A DNA stretch of 64,000 nucleotides from NCBI GenBank assembly GCA_964016885.1, contig OZ024742.1, forward strand, positions 291,276,001-291,340,000, read 5' to 3'. This document shows positions 49,385-63,469 of the stretch, in pieces. The notes beneath the pieces are model-generated. The model did not search any database and had not been told where the DNA came from. It was given only the letters and a program-made list of their open reading frames with translations. The number at the start of each line of letters is the position of its first letter. The first letter of the stretch is position 1. The position numbers and the translations under genes are program-made. The DNA is from Eledone cirrhosa. Lineage: Eukaryota.

Positions 49385-49906
49385 TTCAAAAAGAGCTCAT
49401 GGGAGCCCACAAGGTTATTCCATTCTTTAGCAGGGAAAATGGCCTTAAAACGTTTGTTGCTGTTGTGTGTTTGGTAGTTCACTATATGTCATAGCAACAA
49501 AAACATTATATATTGAAAGATGGAGCAATTTATGGTTGATATATTACTAGTCTATCGACTAGAAAGATAAACAAATTTTATAAAAACATTTAAAAATTAT
49601 ATAGTCTAAATTCACACTATTAAATAGCAGTGTGTATATGTGTATATAGTACTATATACACATATATTCAGAGTAAAAGATCTTTCATAAAATAGATCTA
49701 AAATGTAAAATTACAAAGCTAAAATAGAGTTATAGAATTTAGATTGCATTATGGTTATTTCTTAAGAGATATACTGTGGTCACATTATCAAAATAGAAAA
49801 AGGTTTGTAGCTTAAATATGGTAATTCTTTTGTGTCATATCAATATATTTATTGCTTGTTAACTTAATACATGCTTTTAAATATTACATACACTCATGCA
49901 TATGTG

Positions 49907-49950
<44 letters not shown>

Positions 49951-50048
49951 CATACATACATACATATATATATACATATATATAATAGGAAAGTATTGAG
50001 TACTCTGGTGTGTTATGGTCCACCTGGTTCCTTACCACACATTCTTTG

Positions 50049-50078
<30 letters not shown>

Positions 50079-50081
<3 letters not shown>

Positions 50082-52224
50082 ATAGCCTGGAAGTGCCACT
50101 ACGAGAGACTATTAAATGATGAGAATAAGTGGGAAAAAGATAGTCTGCTCCAAATCGATCCAATAGAAGGACCAGCGGTGCAAGTTAAAGGTAGTATAAT
50201 AAGTAAGGCAATCAAATATATGAAGACAGGCAAGGCAGCTGGGCCTTCGGAGATAGTTACTGAGATGTTGAAGGCATCTGGTATGGTGGGACACACTATG
50301 GTCATCCGTATAGTTAACCAAGTAATACAGAATGCGGTCATACCGAAAGATTGGCGTAACAGCATCATCATTAACTGCTACAAGGGTAAAGGAGATGCTC
50401 TAGATAGAGGAAACTATAGAGGCATTAAGTTAGTTGACCAGGTCATGAAGGTGACAGAAAGAGTTATAGCACAACTAATCAGAGAGCAAATTGATCTAGA
50501 TGAAATGCTGTTTGTGTTTGTGTCAGGTAAAAGTACCACAGACGCTCTTTTCCTTGTATGACAACTACAAGAGAAGTACCTAGCTAAAAGTAAACCCCTC
50601 TACTTAGCTTTTGTAGACCTGGAAAAAGCCTTTGACAGAGTCCCCCGCTCCATTATCTGGTGGGCTCTTAGAAAACTAGATGTAGATGAATGGCTTGTGA
50701 GAGCTATACAAGCTATGTATAATGAAACAGTCAGTAAGGTTAGAATTAACAATGAATATTGTGAAGAATTTAGTGTAAAAGTTGGTGTTCACCAAGGCTC
50801 AGTCCTTAGCCCCCTCCTATTTATTATTGCCCTTCAGGCTATAACAGAGGAGTTCAAGACTGGCTGCCCATGGGAACACCTATACGCAGATGATCTAACG
50901 CTCATAGCTGAATCAATGGCTGAACTAGAAAAGAAATTCCAAACATGGAGGCATGGCCTAGAATCAATAGGCCTTAAAGTTAACTTGTCTAAGACTAAAG
51001 TTCTAGTTTGTAGAAAGGAAAATAGGGCACAGGTGCCCTCAGGGAAATGGCCTTGCTTAGTATGTAGGAAAGGAGTAGGCAGAAATTCAATTTTATGTCC
51101 CAAATGCAAAGTATGGGTACATAAAAGATGTAGTGGGATCACAGGTAAACTATCTACGAACGTAGACTTTATATGTGGCCGATGCTCAGGTGCAATAGGT
51201 AGCAAGTGTCCACAGGATATTAGCCCCTTCTATTGCCCAGATGGTTCTATAGAAATAGTAGACACTTTCCGTTACCTGGGTGACGAAATCAGCAGTGGTG
51301 GAGGGTGTTCTGAAAGTACAGTAGCCAGAGTCAGAATGGGATGGAAAAAGTTCAGAGAGCTTATACCGCTGTTGGCCACAAAAGTTTTCTCTCTAAAAAT
51401 GAAAGGCAGATTGTATGATGCTTGTATATGAACAGCAATGCTACATGGCAGTGAGACATGGGCATTGCGTGCAGAGGACCTGCGTAGACTGGAAAGGAAC
51501 GAAGCATGCATGCTCCGTTGGATGTGTAATAGTAATATACGTGAACGGCAAAGCATAAATGAACTAAGTGAGAAATTAGGTATAAGAGGGATCAGATGCT
51601 GTTTACTCAAGAGAAGACTATGTTGGTATGGCCACGTGATGCGCATGAAAGACAACAGCTGTATAAAAAAGTGCAGGGCAATCAAAATTGATGGAAGTTA
51701 TGGAGTAGGTAGACCCAGAAAAACCTGGGACAATCTGATAAATTCCGACCTTACACACTTGCACCTCTCTAAGACAATGTCACTGGACCGAGATCTTTGG
51801 TGCTATGCAGTAATACAGAAGACCCGCCTTGCCTATGTACAAAGCGAAACCTACAGTCCACTACCCCTACCCTATCCTCCCACTCCCACCAACACCACCC
51901 TCTCTCTATAAAGTTGGTACCACAACATCCAGTCCAAATAAATGAGATAAATGAGATCGAGATCGAGATCGTGTAGGTGTCTCGAGAAAAAAAAACACAC
52001 AGTCCATGCTGTAATGTGGCCGTGTAGGTAACACGGTAAAAAGTTCCCAGTTCCACACTGTAAATGTGGTTGGTATTAAGAAGGGCATCCAGCCGTAGAA
52101 AACCTGCCAGATAGTCCTATATGAGCGAGATATGGTCACCCGACCAACCTTGCCTCAAGTGGGACAACTGCCGTCTAACCCATGCTAGCGTGGAAAATGG
52201 ACGTTAAACGAAGATGATGATGAT
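50079..52224 (+). mobile_element. 5'-truncated RTE family B copy with whole RT and two in-frame stops
   Basis: Single frame with TGA at 50559 and 51429; HQGSVLSPLLF and LYADD; (GAT)n tail. Confidence 0.93.
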
Positions 52225-52460
52225 ATATATATATGTATATATATACATATATATATATACATATATATATATATACATATATATATACATTCATATATAT
52301 ATATATATGTACATACATACCTATATATAAATATGTATATACATACACATATATATATGTATATACATAATGGTGGTATATACATACATATATATATATA
52401 TATATGGAGGCACATGGCTTAGTGGTGGTATATACATACATATATATATATATATATATA

Positions 52461-52806
52461 TGGAGGCACATGGCTTAGTGGTTAGAGCATTGGCCTTGTA
52501 ATCAAAAGGTTGTGAGTTCAATTCTCAGACCGGGTGATGTGTTGTTTCCTTGAGCAAGACACTTTATTTCACATTGCTCCAGTTTACTCAACTGTAGAAA
52601 TGAGATGATAGGGACTGGGGTCCCCATCATTCCACTGCAAAGTGGTCGTGGAGGTGCCACGGCAAAAAAAAAGCACCCAGCACTCACTGTAAATGAGGTT
52701 GGTGTTAGGAAGGGCATCCAGCTGTAGAAATCAAGCCAGAATCAGTTCCCGTCCCACCCTTGCAAGCAGGGAAAAGCGGACATAAAATGATGATGATGAT
52801 GATGAT
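52461..52806 (+). mobile_element. Full-length tRNA-head SINE with RTE-derived body and tail
   Basis: Pol III A/B boxes; 3' half shared with RTE 3' UTRs; (GAT)n tail; short head duplicate at 52405-52424. Confidence 0.9.
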
Positions 52807-52911
52807 ACATACATATATATATATATATATAGGAAAATTTAACCCGACGGCAGAGGTCAAGCCATTTCGCCGGCTATTTCTGGACTAAATTCTAATTTAA
52901 TATATATATAC

Positions 52912-52942
<31 letters not shown>

Positions 52943-53072
52943 CATATATATATGTGTATATATAAGTTGTAATAGAATGAAACAAAATTTCATTTCTCAC
53001 TCTTAGTACGGCATACATACTTACATTTGTGTATATATATATATATATATATATATACATTCATATATATAT

Positions 53073-53119
<47 letters not shown>

Positions 53120-53316
53120 AAAATGTTTAACCTGACGGCAGAGCTCAAGCCATTTCGCCGGCTATTTCTGGACTAAATTCTAATTTAGTCCACAGCTCAA
53201 GCCATTTCAATGGCTATTTCTGGACTAAATATATATATATATATATAAATATATATATATGTATATACATACATATATATATGTATATACATACATATAT
53301 ATATATATATATATAT

Positions 53317-53468
53317 GGTGTTAGGAAGGGCATCCAACTGTAGAAAACCTGCCAGACAGTCCTATGCGAGCAAGACAATCACTCTTGCCTCAAGTGGGAA
53401 AACCCCCGTCCAAACCCATGCAAGCGTGGAACACGGACGTTAAACGTTGATGATGATGATGATGATGA
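53317..53468 (+). mobile_element. RTE family B 3' tip
   Basis: Reverse complement of 27481-27632. Confidence 0.85.
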
Positions 53469-54366
53469 TATGTATATACATACATATATATATGTATATA
53501 CATACATATATATATATATACATATATAGATATATATATATGTGTGTGTGTATGTTTGGATTGTTAAATTATATAATATTGAAAAAAGCTACAACAGACA
53601 TCACACACACACATATATATGTAGTGCAGTCCTACCCATGCTAGTGTAGAAGATGGGCGTTAAACGATGATGATGATGCAGTACTGCTGCCATGATGGAA
53701 AGCAACCAGTCAACTCTGTAAATTGGTAATTAAGAAAAAATGCTCCTAGTTTCTATGTTAAAGGAGTTGACATTAGGAAGGGTATCCAACCATAAAAACC
53801 AAGCAAAAAAACAAAACGCATGAGCAAGACATAGTCACATGATCAGTCAAGCCTTAGTATGCAACAATCTGTGTAATCTATGCAAGCATTGAAAATAGAC
53901 ATTAACCAGTAATGATGATGATATATATATATGTATAATAAATTTAAAATGTTGGAGAGAAAAAGAAAGATTTATGAATACATATATATTTAATGGCTGA
54001 CTAGTTGTTTCAAATACTGCACAGTAAAAATGCATTGCTTGCTAGTCACACAATCTATATGCATTGAGCACACTAACCTTCTCTCTACCGGTTTATAATC
54101 TGCATAACTAATCTCTTCTCCTGATTAGCTTACTTGCTTTTTATTATGTATATATATACATCAAATCACAATAATCCCCTATGGTCCAAGGAGCGCATAC
54201 TATGATATATATATATAATCTTGCCCATAAAATAATTTCATTCAGCATAGCTAAATTATCAAATTTTAGCAACACAGTCAAACAGACAATTATGGAATTA
54301 ATTCTAAATGTAATTTCATAAATATAGATAACTGCGCTCTAACAGTTAAATACCCATGTAGTAATA

Positions 54367-54561
54367 TATGAGGGTTGGCTAAAAGTTCATAGGCTAAACA
54401 AGATACTCTCATGGAATGACCAAATGAGGGTTATTTTCAACATTGTCCCTGGAAATAATGTGTTATTAATAAGAAGAGTTGAAATTAATCCATGCAAGAT
54501 TTCATAGCGCTAGCATTACTTCTTCAAAGTCAGCCAATGAACATTTCATCCAGCTCACATA
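54367..54561. mobile_element. Tc1/mariner-like MITE remnant
   Basis: TA|tgagggttggctaaaagttc ... gaacatttcatccagctcaca|TA imperfect TIRs. Confidence 0.45.
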
Positions 54562-55689
54562 GTGTAAAAAGTAAGGTCAACCCCCTATTCACTAGCATGT
54601 CATACATAAGGTTAACAGCCAACACATTTAAAATAAGATTCCATATGCACAACATTTCATTTTGAAATCCATTTTAAAAGAATACAACTTTACTTCCATC
54701 GGTAATTTTATCAGGTTGTCTCCCTTGATTTAAAAAAAAAACAACAGAATTAGTTGTTTAGTTTATTTACTGAAACTCCAACCCATCCTATTTATTTTAT
54801 AATATGTGGGATTTCTAGTAATGTACTTTTTTTGTCATGTATAAATTTTTTTTAATGTATAAAAAATATTGTCACAGGAATGTTACCACTTAAATTAAAA
54901 TTTCACCAGAGATAGATAAGCAAAATTTAATAAGTGGGAGGTGGGTGGAATAGGAGTGGGGGAGGGGTTGGAAAAAATCTAAAAAATTAAGGGGCGGGGC
55001 ATTATTTGAGACCCAAGAGTATATATATATATCTTCATATAAGAATGTTTTCTTTTAACCTAAATATTTTCCTCATGCTGATTAGTAAATAGATTTCCTA
55101 TCAAAATACTATAAATTCTATCATTTGCTATTAAAATATTGTATTGTTTAACTTCTGTTAACTCATAAACTCTTGTAAGTTTTTACAAAAAATATCTAAA
55201 AAAAAAAAGATTTGTTAAATTAAATGTTTGTAATATCTTTGCCGATGGACATATTGCTGCGAAAATTTGTAGCAAATTCAAGTAAAGATTTTAATTTATG
55301 TGAAATAGTCACAGGGTTGTTTTGTACTTTTCAAGTAATGTGGTTTCAAGGGGTACATGATGTTAAGCATGAAAGTTTTGTGTATTCTAACATTTGCTAT
55401 TTTCAGTGCTATATATTGTGATATTTACTATTGTATATTTGCTATAACTGTATTATAAAATTTATTGACATTTGTTATTGAAGATATGTATAGCTTGACA
55501 TTTGTTATTGAAGTACTGTATAGTCTGATATATGCATTTAAAGTGGTGGTGTATAGTGTGATATTTGCTATAGAAGTGGAGGAGTATAGTCTGATATTTT
55601 CATTTGAAGTGGTGGTGTATAGTGCATTATTTACTATGGTAATGGTGGTGTATAGTCTGATATATATATTGGTATTTAGACTGATATAT

Positions 55690-58600
55690 AGACTGGTATT
55701 TGTTATGGTAGTGGTGGTGTATAGTCTGGTATTTGTTATGGTAGTGGTGGTATATAGTCTGGTATTTGTTATGGTAGTGGTGGTATATAGTCTGGTATTT
55801 GTTATGGTAGTGGTGGTGTATAGTCTGGTATTTGTTATGGTAGTGGTGGTATATAGTCTGGTATTTGTTATGGTAGTGGTGGTATATAGTCTGGTATTTG
55901 TTCTGGTAGTGGTGGTATATAGTCTGGTATTTGTTATGGTAGTGGTGGTGTATAGTCTGGTATTTGTTATGGTAGTGGTGGTGTATAGTCTGGTATTTGT
56001 TATGGTAGTGGTGGTATATAGTCTGGTATTTGTTATGGTAGTGTTGGTGTATAGTCTGGTATTTATTATGGTAGTGGTTGTGTATAGTCTGGTATTTGTT
56101 CTGGTAGTGGTGGTATATAGTCTAGTATTTGTTATGGTAGTGGTGCTGTATAGTTTGGTATTTGTTATGGTAGTGGTGGTATATAGTCTGGTATTTGTTA
56201 TGGTAGTGGTGGTGTATAGTCTGGTATTTGTTATGGTAGTGGTGGTATATAGTCTGGTATTTGTTATGGTAGTGGTGGTATATAGTCTGGTATTTATTAT
56301 GGTAGTGGTGCTATATAGTCTGGTATTTATTATGGTAGTGGTGCTGTATAGTCTGGTATTTGTTATGGTAGTGGTGGTATATAGTCTGGTATTTGTTATG
56401 GTAGTGGTGGTATATAGTCTGGTATTTGTTATGGTAGTGGTGGTATATAGTCTGGTATTTGTTATGGTAATGGTGCTGTATAGTCTGGTATTTGTTATGG
56501 TAGTGGTGGTGTATAGTCTGGTATTTGTTATGGTAGTGTTGGTGTATAGTCTGGTATTTGTTATGGTAGTGGTGGTATATAGTCTGGTATTTGTTATGGT
56601 AGTGGTGGTATATAGTCTGGTATTTGTTATGGTAGTGGTGGTATATAGTCTGGTATTTGTTATGGTAGTGGTGGTGTATAGTCTGGTATTTGTTATGGTA
56701 GTGGTGGTATATAGTCTGGTATTTGTTATGGTAGTGGTGGTGTATAGTTTGGTATTTGTTATGGTAGTGGTGGTATATAGTCTGGTATTTATTATGGTAG
56801 TGGTGGTATATAGTCTGGTATTTGTTATGGTAGTGGTGCTGTATAGTCTGGTATTTGTTATGGTAGTGGTGGTATATAGTCTGGTATTTGTTATGGTAGT
56901 GGTGCTGTATAGTCTGGTATTTGTTATGGTAGTGGTGGTATATAGTCTGGTATTTGTTATGGTAGTGGTGCTGTATAGTCTGGTATTTGTTATGGTAGTG
57001 GTGGTATATAGTCTGGTATTTGTTATGGTAGTGGTGGTGTATAGTCTGGTATTTGTTATGGTAGTGGTGGTGTATAGTCTGGTATTTGTTATGGTAGTGG
57101 TGGTGTATAGTCTGGTATTTATTATGGTAGTGGTGGTGTATAGTTTGGTATTTATTATGGTAGTGGTGGTATATAGTCTGGTATTTGTTATGGTAGTGGT
57201 GGTGTATAGTCTGGTATTTGTTATGGTAGTGGTGGTATATAGTCTGGTATTTGTTATGGTAGTGGTGGTATATAGTCTGGTATTTGTTATGGTAGTGGTG
57301 GTGTATAGTCTGGTATTTGCTATGGTAGTGGTGGTATATAGTCTGGTATTTATTATGGTAGTGGTGGTGTATAGTCTGGTATTTGTTATGGTAGTGGTGC
57401 TGTATAGTCTGGTATTTGTTATGGTAGTGGTGGTATATAGTCTGGTATTTATTATGGTAGTGGTGGTGTATAGTCTGGTATTTGTTATGGTAGTGGTGCT
57501 GTATAGTCTGGTATTTGTTATGGTAGTGGTGGTGTATAGTCTGGTATTTGCTATGGTAATGGTGCTATATAGTCTGGTATTTGTTATGGTAGTGGTGCTG
57601 TATAGTCTGGTATTTGTTATGGTAGTGGTGGTGTATAGTCTGGTATTTGCTATGGTAATGGTGCTATATAGTCTGGTATTTGTTATGGTAGTGGTGGTGT
57701 ATAGTCTGGTATTTGTTATGGTAGTGGTGCTGTATAGTCTGGTATTTGTTATGGTAGTGGTGGTGTATAGTCTGGTATTTGCTATGGTAGTGGTGGTGTA
57801 TAGTCTGGTATTTGTTATGGTAGTGGTGGTATATAGTCTGGTATTTGTTATGGTAGTGGTGCTTTATAGTCTGGTATTTGTTATGGTAGTGGTGGTATAT
57901 AGTCTGGTATTTGTTATGGTAGTGGTTGTATATAGTCTGGTATTTGTTATGGTAGTGGTGGTATATAGTCTGGTATTTGTTATGGTAGTGGTGGTATATA
58001 GTCTGGTATTTGTTATGGTAGTGGTGGTATATAGTCTGGTATTTGTTATGGTAGTGGTGGTATATAGTCTGGTATTTGTTATGGTAGTGGTGGTATATAG
58101 TCTGGTATTTGTTATGGTAATGGTGCTGTATAGTCTGGTATTTGTTATGGTAGTGGTGGTGTATAGTCTGGTATTTGTTATGGTAATGGTGCTGTATAGT
58201 CTGGTATTTGTTATGGTAGTGGTGGTGTATAGTCTGGTATTTGTTATGGTAGTGGTGGTGTATAGTCTGGTATTTGTTATGGTAGTGGTGGTGTATAGTC
58301 TGGTATTTGTTATGGTAGTGGTGGTATATAGTCTGGTATTTGTTATGGTAGTGGTGGTATATAGTCTGGTATTTGTTATGGTAGTGGTGGTATATAGTCT
58401 GGTATTTGTTATGGTAGTGGTGCTGTATAGTCTGGTATTTGTTATGGTAGTGGTGGTATATAGTCTGGTATTTGTTATGGTAGTGGTGCTATATAGTCTG
58501 GTATTTGTTATGGTAGTGGTGCTGTATAGTCTGGTATTTGTTATGGTAGTGGTGGTATATAGTCTGGTATTTGTTATGGTAGTGGTGGTGTATAGTCTGG

Positions 58601-61600
58601 TATTTGTTATGGTAGTGGTGGTGTATAGTCTGGTATTTGTTATGGTAGTGGTGCTGTATAGTCTGGTATTTGTTATGGTAGTGGTGGTATATAGTCTGGT
58701 ATTTGCTATGGTAGTGGTGGTGTATAGTCTGGTATTTGTTATGGTAGTGGTGGTGTATAGTCTGGTATTTGTTATGGTAGTGGTGGTGTATAGTCTGGTA
58801 TTTGTTATGGTAGTGGTGGTGTATAGTCTGGTATTTATTATGGTAGTGGTGGTATATAGTCTGGTATTTATTATGGTAGTGGTGGTATATAGTCTGGTAT
58901 TTGTTATGGTAGTGGTGGTATATAGTCTGGTATTTGTTATGGTAGTGGTGGTGTATAGTCTGGTATTTGTTATGGTAGTGGTGGTATATAGTCTGGTATT
59001 TGTTATGGTAGTGGTGGTGTATAGTTTGGTATTTGTTATGGTAGTGGTGGTATATAGTCTGGTATTTATTATGGTAGTGGTGGTATATAGTCTGGTATTT
59101 GTTATGGTAGTGGTGCTGTATAGTCTGGTATTTGTTATGGTAGTGGTGGTATATAGTCTGGTATTTGTTATGGTAGTGGTGCTGTATAGTCTGGTATTTG
59201 TTATGGTAGTGGTGCTGTATAGTCTGGTATTTGTTATGGTAGTGGTGGTATATAGTCTGGTATTTGTTATGGTAGTGGTGGTGTATAGTCTGGTATTTGT
59301 TATGGTAGTGGTGGTGTATAGTCTGGTATTTGTTATGGTAGTGGTGGTGTATAGTCTGGTATTTATTATGGTAGTGGTGGTGTATAGTTTGGTATTTATT
59401 ATGGTAGTGGTGGTATATAGTCTGGTATTTGTTATGGTAGTGGTGGTGTATAGTCTGGTATTTGTTATGGTAGTGGTGGTATATAGTCTGGTATTTGTTA
59501 TGGTAGTGGTGGTATATAGTCTGGTATTTGTTATGGTAGTGGTGGTGTATAGTCTGGTATTTGCTATGGTAGTGGTGGTATATAGTCTGGTATTTATTAT
59601 GGTAGTGGTGGTGTATAGTCTGGTATTTGTTATGGTAGTGGTGCTGTATAGTCTGGTATTTGTTATGGTAGTGGTGGTATATAGTCTGGTATTTATTATG
59701 GTAGTGGTGGTGTATAGTCTGGTATTTGTTATGGTAGTGGTGCTGTATAGTCTGGTATTTGTTATGGTAGTGGTGGTGTATAGTCTGGTATTTGCTATGG
59801 TAATGGTGCTATATAGTCTGGTATTTGTTATGGTAGTGGTGCTGTATAGTCTGGTATTTGTTATGGTAGTGGTGGTGTATAGTCTGGTATTTGCTATGGT
59901 AATGGTGCTATATAGTCTGGTATTTATTATGGTAGTGGTGGTGTATAGTCTGGTATTTGTTATGGTAGTGGTGCTGTATAGTCTGGTATTTGTTATGGTA
60001 GTGGTGGTGTATAGTCTGGTATTTGCTATGGTAGTGGTGGTGTATATTCTGGTATTTGTTATGGTAGTGGTGGTATATAGTCTGGTATTTGTTATGGTAG
60101 TGGTGGTATATAGTCTGGTATTTGTTATGGTAGTGGTGGTATATAGTCTGGTATTTGTTATGGTAGTGGTTGTATATAGTCTGGTATTTGTTATGGTAGT
60201 GGTGGTATATAGTCTGGTATTTGTTATGGTAGTGGTGGTATATAGTCTGGTATTTGTTATGGTAGTGGTGGTATATAGTCTGGTATTTGTTATGGTAGTG
60301 GTGGTATATAGTCTGGTATTTGTTATGGTAGTGGTGGTATATAGTCTGGTATTTGTTATGGTAATGGTGCTGTATAGTCTGGTATTTGTTATGGTAGTGG
60401 TGGTGTATAGTCTGGTATTTGTTATGGTAATGGTGCTGTATAGCCTGGTATTTGTTATGGTAGTGGTGGTGTATAGTCTGGTATTTGTTATGGTAGTGGT
60501 GGTGTATAGTCTGGTATTTGTTATGGTAGTGGTGGTGTATAGTCTGGTATTTGTTATGGTAGTGGTGGTATATAGTCTGGTATTTGTTATGGTAGTGGTG
60601 GTATATAGTCTGGTATTTGTTATGGTAGTGGTGCTGTATAGTCTGGTATTTGTTATGGTAGTGGTGGTATATAGTCTGGTATTTGTTATGGTAGTGGTGC
60701 TATATAGTCTGGTATTTGTTATGGTAGTGGTGCTGTATAGTCTGGTATTTGTTATGGTAGTGGTGGTATATAGTCTGGTATTTGTTATGGTAGTGGTGGT
60801 GTATAGTCTGGTATTTGTTATGGTAGTGATGGTGCATAGTCTGGTATTTGTTATGGTAGTGGTGCTGTATAGTCTGGTATTTGTTATGGTAGTGGTGGTA
60901 TATAGTCTGGTATTTATTATGGTAGTGGTGGTATATAGTCTGGTATTTGTTATGGTAGTGGTGCTGTATAGTCAGGTATTTGTTATGGTAGTGGTGGTAT
61001 ATAGTCTGGTATTTGTTATGGTAGTGGTGCTGTATAGTCTGGTATTTGTTATGGTAGTGGTGGTATATAGTCTGGTATTTGTTATGGTAGTGGTGCTGTA
61101 TAGTCTGGTATTTGTTATGGTAGTGGTGGTATATAGTCTGGTATTTGTTATGGTAGTGGTGGTGTATAGTCTGGTATTTGTTATGGTAGTGGTGGTGTAT
61201 AGTCTGGTATTTGTTATGGTAGTGGTGGTGTATAGTCTGGTATTTATTATGGTAGTGGTGGTGTATAGTTTGGTATTTATTATGGTAGTGGTGGTATATA
61301 GTCTGGTATTTGTTATGGTAGTGGTGGTGTATAGTCTGGTATTTGTTATGGTAGTGGTGGTATATAGTCTGGTATTTGTTATGGTAGTGGTGGTATATAG
61401 TCTGGTATTTGTTATGGTAGTGGTGGTGTATAGTCTGGTATTTGTTATGGTAGTGGTGGTGTATAGTCTGGTATTTGTTATGGTAGTGGTGCTGTATAGT
61501 CTGGTATTTGTTATGGTAGTGGTGGTGTATAGTCTGGTATTTGCTATGGTAGTGGTGGTGTATAGTCTGGTATTTGTTATGGTAGTGGTGCTGTATAGTC

Positions 61601-61612
61601 TGGTATTTGTTA
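55690..61612. repeat. 33-bp minisatellite array, ~180 units; degenerate units extend left to ~55440
   Basis: Unit gtatagtctggtatttgttatggtagtggtggt; no frame-shifting indels visible (2067-codon open frame). Confidence 0.97.
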
Positions 61613-61792
61613 CTCTGGAGTGTTGCCTGTTTATCACAGGGTCATTAGACAAGAATGTTCTTGTCTGATGACCTTGTGATAAACAGGCAAAACTCCAGAG
61701 TAACAAGACTCACTATTTAGCCATAATAAAATGGATATTAAAACTCTACTATGGTATTGGGAACTCCTTTCTCTCAGCCACCAACCACATAT
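61607..61792 (+). mobile_element. Fold-back element with mutated type I hammerhead
   Basis: Palindrome 61607-61706 plus tail; cttgt-CTGATGA-ccttgtgataaacaggc-AAAA-ctccagag-TA-acaag. Confidence 0.6.
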
Positions 61793-61794
61793 GA

Positions 61795-61832
<38 letters not shown>

Positions 61833-62271
61833 AATATTTAATATTCTATCAACTATTACTTTGATAGGTTTTGGCCAGTATTGGCCCATGCCATGTCTAA
61901 CTTAACTCTTAATATCCAGTAATGATTTAGCAGAAAATGTTGATAAATGGGTTTGTTAATTCAACCCATTGAACAAAATATATAATTAACAGAAACTATA
62001 TAGAGAACATTAATAGTCAGTAGTTTATCAATATAGAGGTTATATCAATATTACGTGGTTTATGGTAGTAGTTAACTAATGACTGATGCCACAATAAGGA
62101 CCTGATTATTAGATTAGACTATGGAAAGAATGTTTCCATTGCTGATACCATCTATCAGTTGCAACTCCTAGCAGAAGAAAGGAGCTGATCATCAAATCAA
62201 ACCAAGGAAACAATGTTTCCATTAGTCTTTCCATTGCTGATAATATCTACCTGTTGCAACAAGAAATAATT

Positions 62272-62358
62272 TTGTTCAAGATCACAATGCCCTGCCTGGT
62301 CCAGGAATCAAACTATATGATTCTGAGTCCAACACCTTAACCACTAGGCCACATGCCT
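62272..62358 (-). mobile_element. Degenerate tRNA-SINE head
   Basis: Minus strand ggcatgtggcctagtggttaaggtgttggactc...tttgattcctggacc. Confidence 0.6.
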
Positions 62359-62709
62359 TAAAAACTGATACTAATGAGTCACCATAAAGACCAAAGGCTC
62401 TTCTGAAGATTTTAATGAAGAGAAAACTTATTGTTTGTTATAAATACTTATCTATATAGATTAACAAAAACTGTTTTAATATGTATATAAATATACACAT
62501 TTGTATATAAATATACATTTTGAATATGTAAACATATCATATTTACATGTTTCTCCATAGATTGAAAAAAAAAAAAATGCACAGATTAATTTAAGTTTTT
62601 TTTCTTATTGGAATCTCATCAGAGGGTGTCTACATCATTGATCAGCCACAGAGAAATACATAGCTAATGGCTTTCTGCTATCTGCAGCCAAGAATAAAAA
62701 AACTAATTA

Positions 62710-62860
62710 CCGTATTTCCCAGTGTCGAGGACGCATTATAATTTTGACAAACAAAAGTAAAAAAAAAAATAATAAACAACCTTTGGCCTCCAGGATGCAT
62801 GGTAGATTTTTGAGACTTCTTTTAGGGAAAAAGTAGCGTCTTTGATGCCGAGAAATACTG
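62710..62860. mobile_element. pogo/Tigger-like MITE remnant
   Basis: TA|ccgtatttccc..gacgca ... gcgtc..gagaaatactg imperfect TIRs. Confidence 0.45.
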
Positions 62861-63074
62861 TTTTGAGACCAATCTAGCTCTGGTTCTATACAAACAAAGC
62901 CACCTATTTCAAAGGGTTTCTATTTAAATTGCACCACCACCCCATCCCCAACATAATTTTATAAGAAAACAATCTGTTAAGTACAAAATTTGTATTTTGC
63001 AAACACATTGAATATTATTATTATTTGATATAAAACTCAAGAATGCAATCTGTTAAGTTATGTTTATAAATACT

Positions 63075-63447
63075 ATCATCATCATCATCATCACCGTTTT
63101 ACGTCCGTTCTTCCACGCTAGCATGGGTTAGACGGGTTGTCCTGTTGTGGGCAGTGTCTGGTCGGCTGACCATGCCTTGCTCATACAGGAACTCATTTGG
63201 CTTGATTTCTACAGCTGGATGCCCTTCCTAACACCAACCTCATTTACAGTGAGTGCTGGGTGCTTTTTCGTGGCGCCTACACCTCCACTTTACGGTGTGG
63301 GCTGGGTGCTTTTTTGCCGTGGCACCTCCACGACCACCTTGCGGTGGGGGGTGTGGGGGCATATTGTCTATATGCTTCAGCTTGTACCCATGGGAGGTTG
63401 GGTACTCTGTATTACTGCGTGACGCCAGAGGTCACGGTTGTGTGTCA
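63075..63447 (-). mobile_element. RTE family A 3' fragment
   Basis: Near-identical to 43248-43634. Confidence 0.92.
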
Positions 63448-63469
63448 TCGTACATCATATATATATATT

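Noticed and set aside
52461-52535. tRNA gene
   Set aside because: A/B boxes are present but there is no full cloverleaf; it is the head of a multi-copy SINE
55690-61612. CRISPR-like array
   Set aside because: No unique spacers, no cas genes, eukaryotic context
55465-61668. 2067-aa ORF (YSLVFVMVVVV)n as a protein-coding gene
   Set aside because: It is a by-product of a stop-free 33-bp unit; an all-hydrophobic repeat with no domain or splice evidence
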